DNA from: an uncultured Verrucomicrobiae bacterium
Lineage (GTDB): Bacteria > Verrucomicrobiota > Verrucomicrobiia > Chthoniobacterales > JAFAMB01
Length of the DNA: 42,004 nucleotides
NCBI GenBank assembly: GCA_963762565.1
Contig: CAVXLD010000015.1
Span: 1-42,004, forward strand
Direction: 5' to 3'
The notes under the pieces were generated by a model that searched no databases, was not told the DNA's origin, and saw nothing but the letters and a program-made list of their open reading frames with translations. A program made the translations under genes and the position numbers. Below are positions 8,760 to 18,635 of the stretch, piece after piece (positions within the stretch are counted from its first letter, which is position 1; every line of letters begins with the position of its first letter).

Positions 8760-10374
8760 TCGGGGTTGAAATCTTTCCTTCAGGCGGCGTAAGTGAAATT
8801 GCCTTCGCCTTCTTTGTTGCCGGCTTGCCGGAATCGAGCGGAGAATCCGACCGGGACGTCAAAGCTTTCCTCGCTTCCTTGGGACTCAAGGTCTTGGGAT
8901 GGAATCCTGACTCATCAAACAGATTGTTATACTTAACCTCGGTTGCAGTGGCGAACTGATACTGAGCGACCGCAGAGATGTACTGATCTTCGGCCGTAAA
9001 ATAGTTCGACCGAGCCGTGGTAAGCTGGGTCTGCTGATTGAGTACGTCCAACTGAGTACCGGTACCGGCTGCGAGCCGTTCATTAGCCAGACGGAGCGAT
9101 TCAAGAGAAACGTCGACTGCCTTCTTTGAGGCCACAATGGTTTCTTGCGCTTGGCGAAGATTGTCGACCGCCGTGGAGACATCTAGTTCCACCTGCCGCA
9201 CCGAGTCGTCGTAGGTGACTTTCGATTCCTCTAGGGACGCTTTGGCCGACTTAACCTTCCCGTAGGTGGTTCCGCCATCAAGGATGTTCCAAGAACCGGT
9301 CACCCCGAAGAACCACCCGTTAACGGTGTTGCGCATGTTATTGCTAAAGGGATTCTCCTCGACTTCCAGGCCGGCACTGGCGCTTACCGTTGGTTGCCAC
9401 CCGGCCCTGGCCACGGAGACATTCTCGACCGACGCCAGAATATTTGACCGCTGCGCCTTGAGCGAGGGACGATTTGCCCGCGCGGTCACCAAAGCCTCCG
9501 ACAAATCGTATTTAATCGGCATAACATCGAGCGAGCCAACCACTGGGAGAGGTTCATCCGTCACATATTGCCGGTCCGCCGGGATACCCAACGTTTTAGC
9601 CAGGGTTACTTGAGAGATCCGATAGTTGTTCTGCGCCGCAATCAGCTGAGGAATCTGGTTCTGTAGCTGGGATTCGGCTTGCAGGACGTTGAACTGCGGT
9701 ACGGTTCCGGCCTCATACCGGCTCTGCTGATCGTCTAACTGGCTTCTCAACAAATTGACCGACTCTTCCTGGACCTGCACGAGTGCGCGGTCGAGAATGA
9801 TCGTATAAAACTGGGTCCGGATGTTTTCGACCAGGATGTCGATCGTATCGCGGAGGGTATAGTAGGCAGCATCTTCGTTAATTCTTGACTCGCGCCGGCT
9901 AGCCAGGGCTGCCCCGCCATCGTAGAGCAACTGGGAGATCGTCACCTTCATATTCCAGGTGTTGGTGATTGGGGCGGAGGCAAAAAGCGAATTCAGCGGA
10001 ATGCCGATCGCATTGGTGGTTCCGTTTGGCCGGATGATAAATGGCTGTCCCTGCGGGAGAAGCAGCAAATCAAAAGGCGCAGAACCGGTGGCAGTCGAAG
10101 TCTGGGCCAGCGTCGGCTCCTGTTGCGTATATTGACCTGACCCCGTCACCTGCGGAATTAAGGCGGCTTGGGCTTGAAAGACCAAACCTGAGAGTCGTTT
10201 AAGTTCCTGGACTTGGTTTAAGACGGTTGGGCTCTGTCTTAGACCCAGCTCGACAGCCTCAGCGATGGTTAGTGGATGCCGGCCATAACCACCCACAACT
10301 CCCGTGGGTTCTCCTGCCATCCCTGCGTTTGTAAGCAGACAAATTCCGATTAAGGCGATTAAACTCGATCTCAT
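8752..10374 (-). CDS. TolC family outer-membrane protein
   Basis: Signal peptide; two OEP repeats (RYEAGTVPQFNVLQAE; RLAAGTGTQLDVL); ATG at 10374 overlaps the marR TGA. Confidence 0.92.
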   Translation of the reverse strand: MRSSLIALIGICLLTNAGMAGEPTGVVGGYGRHPLTIAEAVELGLRQSPTVLNQVQELKRLSGLVFQAQAALIPQVTGSGQYTQQEPTLAQTSTATGSAPFDLLLLPQGQPFIIRPNGTTNAIGIPLNSLFASAPITNTWNMKVTISQLLYDGGAALASRRESRINEDAAYYTLRDTIDILVENIRTQFYTIILDRALVQVQEESVNLLRSQLDDQQSRYEAGTVPQFNVLQAESQLQNQIPQLIAAQNNYRISQVTLAKTLGIPADRQYVTDEPLPVVGSLDVMPIKYDLSEALVTARANRPSLKAQRSNILASVENVSVARAGWQPTVSASAGLEVEENPFSNNMRNTVNGWFFGVTGSWNILDGGTTYGKVKSAKASLEESKVTYDDSVRQVELDVSTAVDNLRQAQETIVASKKAVDVSLESLRLANERLAAGTGTQLDVLNQQTQLTTARSNYFTAEDQYISAVAQYQFATATEVKYNNLFDESGFHPKTLSPKEARKALTSRSDSPLDSGKPATKKAKAISLTPPEGKISTPND

Positions 10375-10847
10375 TCGTATGATGTTTTCTTTTCGCAAAA
10401 GCTCGAAATCTTCCGGTAGACCTCTACCCAGGTCGTTCCTTGTTCTGGGGTCAACTGTTCACGTAGCAACGTCGCTATTGCGTCGACGATATCCTGCCTT
10501 ATCCGCGACACAAGGTTTGATCCTTTCGGCGTGATTCTGACAATCACCTTGCGTCGATCGTCCTGCGCGTGGGCTCGAGCAACAAACCCAAGTCGTTCCA
10601 AGCGATCGACTAAGCCGGTGGCAGCCGCGGTGGTATGCCCCATCCTGGCCGCGATGTCCGACATGGTGATGGGCGCACGCCTGTCCAGATAGGTCAAAAG
10701 GAAGAACTGAGGAAATGAGACGCTGCCTTGGCTGATTTCCTGGGAAAGCCTGGCAAAAAGGCGGCGTTGCAATTCCATCGCGATCTGAGCCAGTTCCTCG
10801 GCCTGAGACCGAAGATCGACCTTTTCCTGGGGCTCGCTCACAAGCAT
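10371..10847 (-). CDS. MarR family transcriptional regulator
   Basis: ITMSDIA...TTAAATGLVDRLERLGFVAR...DDRRKVIVRITPKG. Confidence 0.93.
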   Translation of the reverse strand: MLVSEPQEKVDLRSQAEELAQIAMELQRRLFARLSQEISQGSVSFPQFFLLTYLDRRAPITMSDIAARMGHTTAAATGLVDRLERLGFVARAHAQDDRRKVIVRITPKGSNLVSRIRQDIVDAIATLLREQLTPEQGTTWVEVYRKISSFCEKKTSYE

Positions 10848-10851
10848 ACGC

Positions 10852-10874
10852 AACTTAAAGTTTAACGACGTTAA
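10852..10874. promoter_or_regulatory. Candidate MarR operator (two abutting AT-rich palindromes)
   Basis: AACTT-A-AAGTT (10852-10862) and TTAACG-A-CGTTAA (10862-10874) immediately upstream of marR. Confidence 0.4.
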
Positions 10875-10920
10875 TTGATGGAACCGCCGCAGTTAAGCAC
10901 AGTGCTGAAGGAGTTCAAGA

Positions 10921-10956
10921 GCGTATGGGCGTTTGGGCGTATGGGCGTTTCGGCGA
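10921..10956. repeat. 8-bp tandem repeat GCGT[A/T]TGG x4
   Basis: GCGTATGG GCGTTTGG GCGTATGG GCGTTTCG GCGA. Confidence 0.75.
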
Positions 10957-10976
10957 AGGGGCGACGCGGCAACAAC

Positions 10977-11258
10977 CGCCTGGAGGGGAGCCGCTTTGGC
11001 GCGCGCCTTACGACCTCTCGATATTGTTATATCGCGCGCCTGATCTGAAAACGTGAAAAGCAGGCGGCTCCCGCGAATTACCCAGTGCGAGCTTTCACCC
11101 ACCGCTTCATTGATTCGTCTTCTGCGCGACCGTTAGAACTGCAAAGCGCTGGGCTATTCCCGGGAGCCGCCTGTTGAACAAACTTCTCGACCGTGATCAC
11201 GATAGATTAAATTTGGCGCGATTCTTGAGACACGGCCAAAGCGGCTCCCCTCCAGGCG
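10977..11258. repeat. Four-motif nested palindromic element, copy 3
   Basis: CGCCTGGAGGGGAGCCGCTTTGGC / GCCAAAGCGGCTCCCCTCCAGGCG; inner cores at 11064 and 11162; interior alignable with copy 2. Confidence 0.9.
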
Positions 11259-11368
11259 TTGCACCAAATCGCCGCCGCGCCCTACCGGAGCTTTCCATTT
11301 GCTTTACCAGCGCTTTTAGTTGACGGAGATTTCTCTCGTTTACCCTTCCAAAATACCAGCGCAGCTTT

Positions 11369-12721
<1,353 letters not shown>

Positions 12722-12774
12722 GGGCGCTTTGGGCGCCAGGGCGGCTATGTATCTATCATCGTCGCCCGCCCAGA

Positions 12775-13020
12775 CCGGAGGGGAGCCGCATTCCGCTTTG
12801 CCAAACCACGGAGCTAGGCGTTGGATACGTTACGGGCTTGTCCGATTCGCGTTTTAGCCGCGGCTCCCTCGAACGTGTTGCAGGCCAGGAAACGTGCAAC
12901 GGTCAATGCGCGCGGTCACGGTTTCGGGGCGTCGCAGATATGGCAAACGAACGACCCTGCGCTCGATCCTGAGCACCACACCTCGCTCGGGGCAGCGCGC
13001 GGAATGCAACGCCCCTCCGG
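12775..13020. repeat. Four-motif nested palindromic element, degenerate copy
   Basis: CCGGAGGGGAGCCGCATTCCG / CGGAATGCAACGCCCCTCCGG (18/21 IR); inner GCGGCTCCC at 12860. Confidence 0.7.
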
Positions 13021-13086
13021 TTGGACTTTCGGTACGACGCAAACCGTAATTCGACGTGGCTGCGAACCCCTTCCCGCCCCACCAAG

Positions 13087-14337
13087 CTAGGTCGCAATTT
13101 CGATTTCCGAGTCTTCGCCTTTTGGCGAATTGTCGTCGAAAAAGATGCTCCGTTGGCGAACCCAAACGTAACGGTTCATCAGCACTTTCACCGTGGCAGT
13201 CAAAGGGATCGCTAAGACGGCGCCGAGAAGACCGCCTAAGGCCAAGGTCCAGAAAAAGACCGACACAATCACGGTCATCGGATGCAGGCCCACTGAATTA
13301 CCGACGATCCTGGGAGCCACCACCATTCCGTCGATCTGTTGCACTATGAAAAAGATGACCGTAACCCAGATCGGGTGCGCGATATCGTTAAATTGAACAA
13401 AGGCAATGATTACTGCCGGTATATAGCAGATCGCGAACCCAACCCAAGGTATGAGCCCAGCAATTGCCAGGAAGAGGCCGATCAGGAAGCCAAACTGCAA
13501 TCCGAGCACCGACAGACCAATAGCCGTTAAAACACCGTCGATCATACTGACGACCAATTGGCCTCGGAAAAAGTTGATGAGATAAGAATTTATCTCGGTC
13601 AGGACCACCACCAATTCGTCTCTGAACTCGGATTTTCTGAGGGGCAGATACCGGCTCCAGGTGTGGGCAATAGTGGGACTTTCCTTTAGAAAAAAGAAGA
13701 GATAGATCGGCACCATAAATAAGCCGAACACAAACCCGAACACGCCAAATACCCCGGATAAACTGGATTGCACGAACGCCCAGGTTCTCTGGGCGAAGGT
13801 CGGCAATTGGTCCCGGAGATACTGTAACGACTGCTGAACCCAAGGGTTATCCACTAACTTTGGCTGATTAGTGTTCTCCACCTCAGGCGAAGGAGTGGTG
13901 ACAGCGGGACTGGGAGCTGGTGTCGGGTGGGGACCAATTTGAGGCAACTTCTGCAGACTGTCCCGCAATAAGTTGTCAAGCGATGACCAGCTTCGCTCGA
14001 AATAACCCGGCAACGCGTTCGAGAACTTGAGGCTCTCATTATAGACGTTAGGTCCGATTCCCAGGACCAGCAGCGCGCCGCTCATAATAAAGAGCGCAAA
14101 GACGATGATCACCGCCATCAGACGTGGGAGACCGCGCCGCGCCAACCATGTGACCAGCGGTTCGAGCAGGTAAGCCAAAACTCCGGCAACCGCCACCGGA
14201 AGCAGTAGCGGCTGCAAAAACAAAAGCACCCTCGACGCGAAGTAAACCGTACAGACGACGCTCCCCGCGATTACCAAGAGCGCTAGGCAAGTGATCGCAT
14301 TCCAGAGCGTTTTCCGTTGCCAAGGGGTCGGATACAA
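13087..14337 (-). CDS. AI-2E (PerM/UPF0118) family transporter
   Basis: LAYLLEPLV, FFRGQL, LIPWVG, PRIVGNSVGLHP, LLGAVLAIP; multiple TM segments. Confidence 0.92.
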   Translation of the reverse strand: MYPTPWQRKTLWNAITCLALLVIAGSVVCTVYFASRVLLFLQPLLLPVAVAGVLAYLLEPLVTWLARRGLPRLMAVIIVFALFIMSGALLVLGIGPNVYNESLKFSNALPGYFERSWSSLDNLLRDSLQKLPQIGPHPTPAPSPAVTTPSPEVENTNQPKLVDNPWVQQSLQYLRDQLPTFAQRTWAFVQSSLSGVFGVFGFVFGLFMVPIYLFFFLKESPTIAHTWSRYLPLRKSEFRDELVVVLTEINSYLINFFRGQLVVSMIDGVLTAIGLSVLGLQFGFLIGLFLAIAGLIPWVGFAICYIPAVIIAFVQFNDIAHPIWVTVIFFIVQQIDGMVVAPRIVGNSVGLHPMTVIVSVFFWTLALGGLLGAVLAIPLTATVKVLMNRYVWVRQRSIFFDDNSPKGEDSEIEIAT

Positions 14338-14469
14338 TGCGCCTGTAAAATGCTGGGTTTTACGGCGTGTTTCAAGCCCTTAAAAGCCTGTATCTCAGGG
14401 GGCGGCCTCGCTTCGGTCTGTCTTCGCGAAGCCCTGACGTCCCGGGAGACCCCCGATGATCGTACGCAT

Positions 14470-14635
14470 TCGTTCTCGTCCTCGTCGTCGTCCTCGTCCT
14501 CGATAAGGCGCGCTACCAGGTACCGGTGTCACAAACCCAGGCGCGTTCGCGAAGATTGAATTCGGCGGTAATTCGAAAGTGCTCGAAGAGAACACACCTT
14601 CTCGAGGACGAGGACGACGACGAGAACGAGAACGA
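14470..14635. repeat. Inverted hexamer-unit (CTCGT[C/T]) arms
   Basis: 34-bp IR with 1 mismatch: 14470-14503 vs 14602-14635. Confidence 0.9.
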
Positions 14636-14654
14636 TTCCTGCAAACACGCCCCT

Positions 14655-14688
14655 ACTAGCTCCTAGATTCTAGCTCCTAGCTCCTGCT
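14655..14688. repeat. Heptamer (TAGCTCC) tract
   Basis: 14669-14688 is the exact reverse complement of 7231-7250. Confidence 0.75.
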
Positions 14689-14752
14689 TGTCCGATGCTC
14701 TTACGCATCGGTTGAGGCCTGCGGGCTTTTGGTGTCTACTCCCAAGGGTGTT

Positions 14753-15742
14753 ATGACGTTATCCACCGAGGAAATCACCGAAAAGGTCAGGGCATCCGGT
14801 AGTTGGATCGAGCCACTGGAAGCAGAAATCTCAAAAGTAGTGGTCGGCCAGAAAGCTTTGGTGACCCGCTTGCTGATTGGACTTCTGACCAAGGGCCATC
14901 TGCTGCTGGAAGGGGTCCCAGGCCTGGCAAAAACATTATCGGTTCGTACGCTAGCCGCTTGCATCAAGACTGAGTTCAAGCGGCTCCAGTTTACGCCGGA
15001 TCTGCTACCAGCCGATATCACTGGCACCTTGATCTATAACCAGCGAGACAACGAGTTCAGGCCAAAGTTAGGTCCAATTTTCGCAAACCTGATCCTGGCT
15101 GACGAAGTCAACCGGGCGCCGGCAAAGGTTCAAAGCGCCCTGCTGGAAGCGATGCAAGAGCGCCAGGTCACTATCGGTGACCAATCCTATCCGCTTCCTG
15201 ATCCGTTCCTGGTTCTGGCTACCGAGAACCCCTTGGAACAAGAGGGCACTTATCGGCTCCCCGAAGCGCAGCTCGACCGCTTCATGTTGAAGGTTAATAT
15301 CGGTTACCCAAGTAAAGAAGAGGAACGCAAGATCCTTGATTTGATGGGGACATCGGAGCCGGAGACCAAGGTTCAGCCGATTGTTGGACCGGAACAGATC
15401 ATCGAGTCCCGTGAAGTAGTAAATCAGGTGTTTATCGATGACCGGGTCAAAGATTATATCGTCGACTTGGTGCGAGCGACCCGAACTCCCGGCCAATACG
15501 GCTTGGAGATGGAGGGACTCGTTCGGTATGGCGCCTCGCCGCGAGCCACGATTTATTTAACCCTCGCCTCTCGCGCTCACGCATTTCTCGAAGGGCGCGG
15601 CTACGTAACCCCCCACGATATCAAGAGCGTCGGGCAAGATGTGTTGTGCCATCGGATCATTGTCAGTTACGAAGCCGAAGCCGAGCAAGTGACGAGCGAA
15701 ACCGTTGTGCAACGGATATTCGCAGGCCTTCCGGTCCCGTAG
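14753..15742 (+). CDS. moxR: MoxR family AAA+ ATPase
   Basis: EGVPGLAKT Walker A, QFTPDLLPADI, LADEVNRAPAKVQSALLEAMQE, LPEAQLDRF, GASPR. Confidence 0.96.
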   Translation: MTLSTEEITEKVRASGSWIEPLEAEISKVVVGQKALVTRLLIGLLTKGHLLLEGVPGLAKTLSVRTLAACIKTEFKRLQFTPDLLPADITGTLIYNQRDNEFRPKLGPIFANLILADEVNRAPAKVQSALLEAMQERQVTIGDQSYPLPDPFLVLATENPLEQEGTYRLPEAQLDRFMLKVNIGYPSKEEERKILDLMGTSEPETKVQPIVGPEQIIESREVVNQVFIDDRVKDYIVDLVRATRTPGQYGLEMEGLVRYGASPRATIYLTLASRAHAFLEGRGYVTPHDIKSVGQDVLCHRIIVSYEAEAEQVTSETVVQRIFAGLPVP

Positions 15743-15970
15743 CGATTCGCGTATTACGCGCGAATCGCATGAACAATAGCCAATAGCCGATAGCCAATAT
15801 TGACCGGGGACAATTAGAAGATAATGGAACAAACGAACTCGCGTGAGGCCTGGAACGCGAAGACATTCAAACGAAACACGCCGGCTACTAGCGATTGGTC
15901 AAGCGCCCAGCGCCTTGGCTATCGGCTATTGGCTATTGATTATGTGATTCGCGCGTTATACGCGAAGCGC
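15742..15970. repeat. Palindromic insert with 56-bp IR arms (hairpin plus AATAGCC heptamers)
   Basis: 15742-15797 vs 15915-15970, about 5 mismatches; occupies the whole moxR-DUF58 gap. Confidence 0.9.
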
Positions 15971-15971
15971 C

Positions 15972-16862
15972 ATGCGTTCTACCGCTGAAATCCTGAAAAA
16001 GATCCGGCGCCTGGAAATCAGTACTCGCCGGATCGTCGAGACCGCGTTCTCCGGTGAGTACCACAGTGTCTTCAGGGGGCATGGGATGAATTTTGACGAA
16101 TTCCGGGAGTACCAGGTTGGTGACGACATTCGGGCTATCGATTGGAATGTCACCGCCAGAATGGGAAACGCCTATGTCAAAAAGTATGTGGAAGAACGCG
16201 AGCTTACGCTTTTGTTGCTCGTTGATGTGAGCGCCTCCGGGATTTTCGGAACGACCACGATGACGAAGCGAGAACTGGCGGCCGAAGTCGCTTGCCTGCT
16301 GGCTTTTTGCGCGGTCAACAACAACGACAACGTCGGACTATTGCTGTTTACGGACAAAACCGAGCTCTACATCCCACCTGGGAAAGGCCGTAGCCATGCC
16401 CTGCGTATTATCCGCGAGGTTCTTTTCTACGAGCCGGAACATCGAGGCACCGATTTATTGAATGCGTTGGAGTTCGTAAGCCGGGTCGCCACCAGGAAAG
16501 CAGTGGTTTTTCTCTTCTCGGACTTTCAAAATCTGGACTTCGAACGCGCGGCTTCAGTTTGCAACAAACGCCATGATCTTATTGGGGTCCCGATCGAAGA
16601 CCCCGGAGAATGGCAGTTACCGCCCGCCGGTCTGGTGCGCATCGAAGACCCTGAAACCGGCCAAACGTTTGAAGCGAACTTTTCCAGCAAAAAAATGCAA
16701 CGCGAGTTTGCCCGGATTGTGAGTGAGCGTCGTGAGCTAAGAGATGCTATCTTTCGCCGGCAAGCGATCGATTTTTTGCCGTTGAGAACCGATAAAGATT
16801 ATTTTCCCATTCTGCATAGCTTTTTCCAGCACCGCGAAAAGAGACTTAAACGAGGTGGATGA
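15972..16862 (+). CDS. DUF58 domain (VWA-like) protein
   Basis: GEYHSVFRGHGMNFDEFREYQVGDDIRAIDWNVTAR, EEREL, DVSAS, FSDF. Confidence 0.94.
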   Translation: MRSTAEILKKIRRLEISTRRIVETAFSGEYHSVFRGHGMNFDEFREYQVGDDIRAIDWNVTARMGNAYVKKYVEERELTLLLLVDVSASGIFGTTTMTKRELAAEVACLLAFCAVNNNDNVGLLLFTDKTELYIPPGKGRSHALRIIREVLFYEPEHRGTDLLNALEFVSRVATRKAVVFLFSDFQNLDFERAASVCNKRHDLIGVPIEDPGEWQLPPAGLVRIEDPETGQTFEANFSSKKMQREFARIVSERRELRDAIFRRQAIDFLPLRTDKDYFPILHSFFQHREKRLKRGG

Positions 16863-17350
16863 TTTTTGTTGCCCTGACAGTTACCCGGGAGACCATCGAA
16901 GACATTCGAGGTCCGTTTGTTGGCGATAACGCCGCGTGGAGCATTGCGATAATCGCGATACTCCTGGTGCTGGCACTCCTGGCGTATCTTTTCTGGCCTT
17001 CGACGAGACCGAAGGTGACACCTGTACCTTTACCGCGAGAAATGGCCAAGCTCCGGCTGAACGAAGTCAGAGCCGCTGCTGAAATCGCCAACCCTTACGA
17101 TACCGCAGTTGGTCTCTCGGCTATTGTGCGCGCATTCGTCGAGCAACAGTACGGGCTTAAATCGGTCAGCCGGACAACCCAGGAATTTTTGACCGAACTG
17201 GCGAGCACTAACTGCCTCAATCCGGTTCAGAAAGTCTCGCTCCAGCGTTTCTTATCGACAACCGACCAAATTAAGTTTGCTCACGCTGATCCTCCTGAGC
17301 GTTTGAGCTTGGTTGAGCAAGCAACGAATCTGATAGAGCAAGCGCCTTAA
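16859..17350 (+). CDS. Bat-operon single-TM protein (DUF4381-like)
   Basis: IEDIRGP, TM helix, RTTQEFL, DQIKFA; position between DUF58 and batA. Confidence 0.7.
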   Translation: MIFVALTVTRETIEDIRGPFVGDNAAWSIAIIAILLVLALLAYLFWPSTRPKVTPVPLPREMAKLRLNEVRAAAEIANPYDTAVGLSAIVRAFVEQQYGLKSVSRTTQEFLTELASTNCLNPVQKVSLQRFLSTTDQIKFAHADPPERLSLVEQATNLIEQAP

Positions 17351-17631
17351 GTGTACCGTCTCCAATCTAATGATGACACCGTTGCGTTCAAAATGGGCCT
17401 GCGAGGCGCGAGGAGGGAGCATATTTGAATCGATACGTGACCGACGAGCAACGAAGCAGCCGGCCCATTTTCAACGCAACCCTTCGGGCCGTGGCCGGTT
17501 GGCGGTTTTTCCGCGTTGCTCGCTCGACCCGTATGAATTCGGATATGGGCGCTTCGCTCGCGCCTTGAAAAACCGCCAACTGATCCGGCCGCTGCCGGAC
17601 GGTGCCACCATTATATTGGAGACGGTACACT
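17350..17631. mobile_element. MITE with 33-bp terminal inverted repeats and two internal hairpin modules
   Basis: AGTGTACCGTCTCCAATCTAATGATGACACCGT / ACGGTGCCACCATTATATTGGAGACGGTACACT (3 mismatches); no transposase. Confidence 0.8.
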
Positions 17632-17636
17632 GAGTC

Positions 17637-18635
17637 ATGGAATTTCGTTTTGGCCAACCGTGGTTGTTACTGTTGCTCCTGATTCTGCCGGCACTTTGGG
17701 TGTGGCAGCAGTTAGCGACTCCAGCTGCGGTGCGCTATGCACCCGCTCGCATCTTCGAGCATGGGATAAAGCTTCGCCGATCGATAGTCCCATTGACCCA
17801 GAAGCTTCTGATCTATGCCGCCGCTACTTGTCTGCTCTTGGGCCTGGCCAAACCCCAGTCCGGAGTGGTTGCCTCTGAAGTGCGGGCGAGTGGCATCGAC
17901 ATCATGATTCTGCTCGATGTTTCGCGGTCGATGTTGGCAGAGGACTACAGTATCGGTGCAGATCGAGCGAGCCGAATCGAAGTGGTAAAACAGGTCACTG
18001 AGAAATTTATTCAAAACCGGCCCAACGACCGCATCGGCATTATCGCGTTTGCTGGCCGCCCATTCCTGGTCAGTCCTTTGACCTTGGATCACAATTGGCT
18101 GCTGGCTAACCTGAGCCGCTTGCAAATTGGGCTCACCGAAGACGGCACTGCGATCGGGTCGGCTCTAGTAAGCGCTGCCAATCGCCTCCGAGACATGAAG
18201 GCCAAGAGCCGGGTCATCATCTTACTCACCGATGGAGACAATAACGCCGGAAAAGTCCCTCCATTTACCGCTGCTGAAGCCGCAGCCGGGATCGGTATCC
18301 GCATCTACACCATTGGAGCCGGAACGAACGGGTTGGTTCCTTTCCCGGAAACCGATCGTTTCGGCAATAAGTTTTACACCGAAGAATACATGCCTTTCCA
18401 AGAGGATACCTGCCGGGCCATCGCAAAAATTGGTCACGGGGAATTCTTTCGGGCCATTGATACTCGCAGCATGCAGGACATCTTCGCTTCCATCGATCGA
18501 TTGGAGAAGACCGAGACCAGCGTTCAAAAGATCGAAAACTACGAAGATCTGTTTCCGTGGTTTGTCGGCGTTGGTCTTAGTCTGGTTGGAATTTCCACAA
18601 TGCTGGGCGAAACGGTTTGGAGAAGGATCCCATGA
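17637..18635 (+). CDS. batA: BatA-like VWA domain protein
   Basis: FGQPWLLLLL N-terminus, GLAKPQ, DVSRSM MIDAS, SPLTLD, GTAIG, LLTDGDNNAG. Confidence 0.9.
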   Translation: MEFRFGQPWLLLLLLILPALWVWQQLATPAAVRYAPARIFEHGIKLRRSIVPLTQKLLIYAAATCLLLGLAKPQSGVVASEVRASGIDIMILLDVSRSMLAEDYSIGADRASRIEVVKQVTEKFIQNRPNDRIGIIAFAGRPFLVSPLTLDHNWLLANLSRLQIGLTEDGTAIGSALVSAANRLRDMKAKSRVIILLTDGDNNAGKVPPFTAAEAAAGIGIRIYTIGAGTNGLVPFPETDRFGNKFYTEEYMPFQEDTCRAIAKIGHGEFFRAIDTRSMQDIFASIDRLEKTETSVQKIENYEDLFPWFVGVGLSLVGISTMLGETVWRRIP

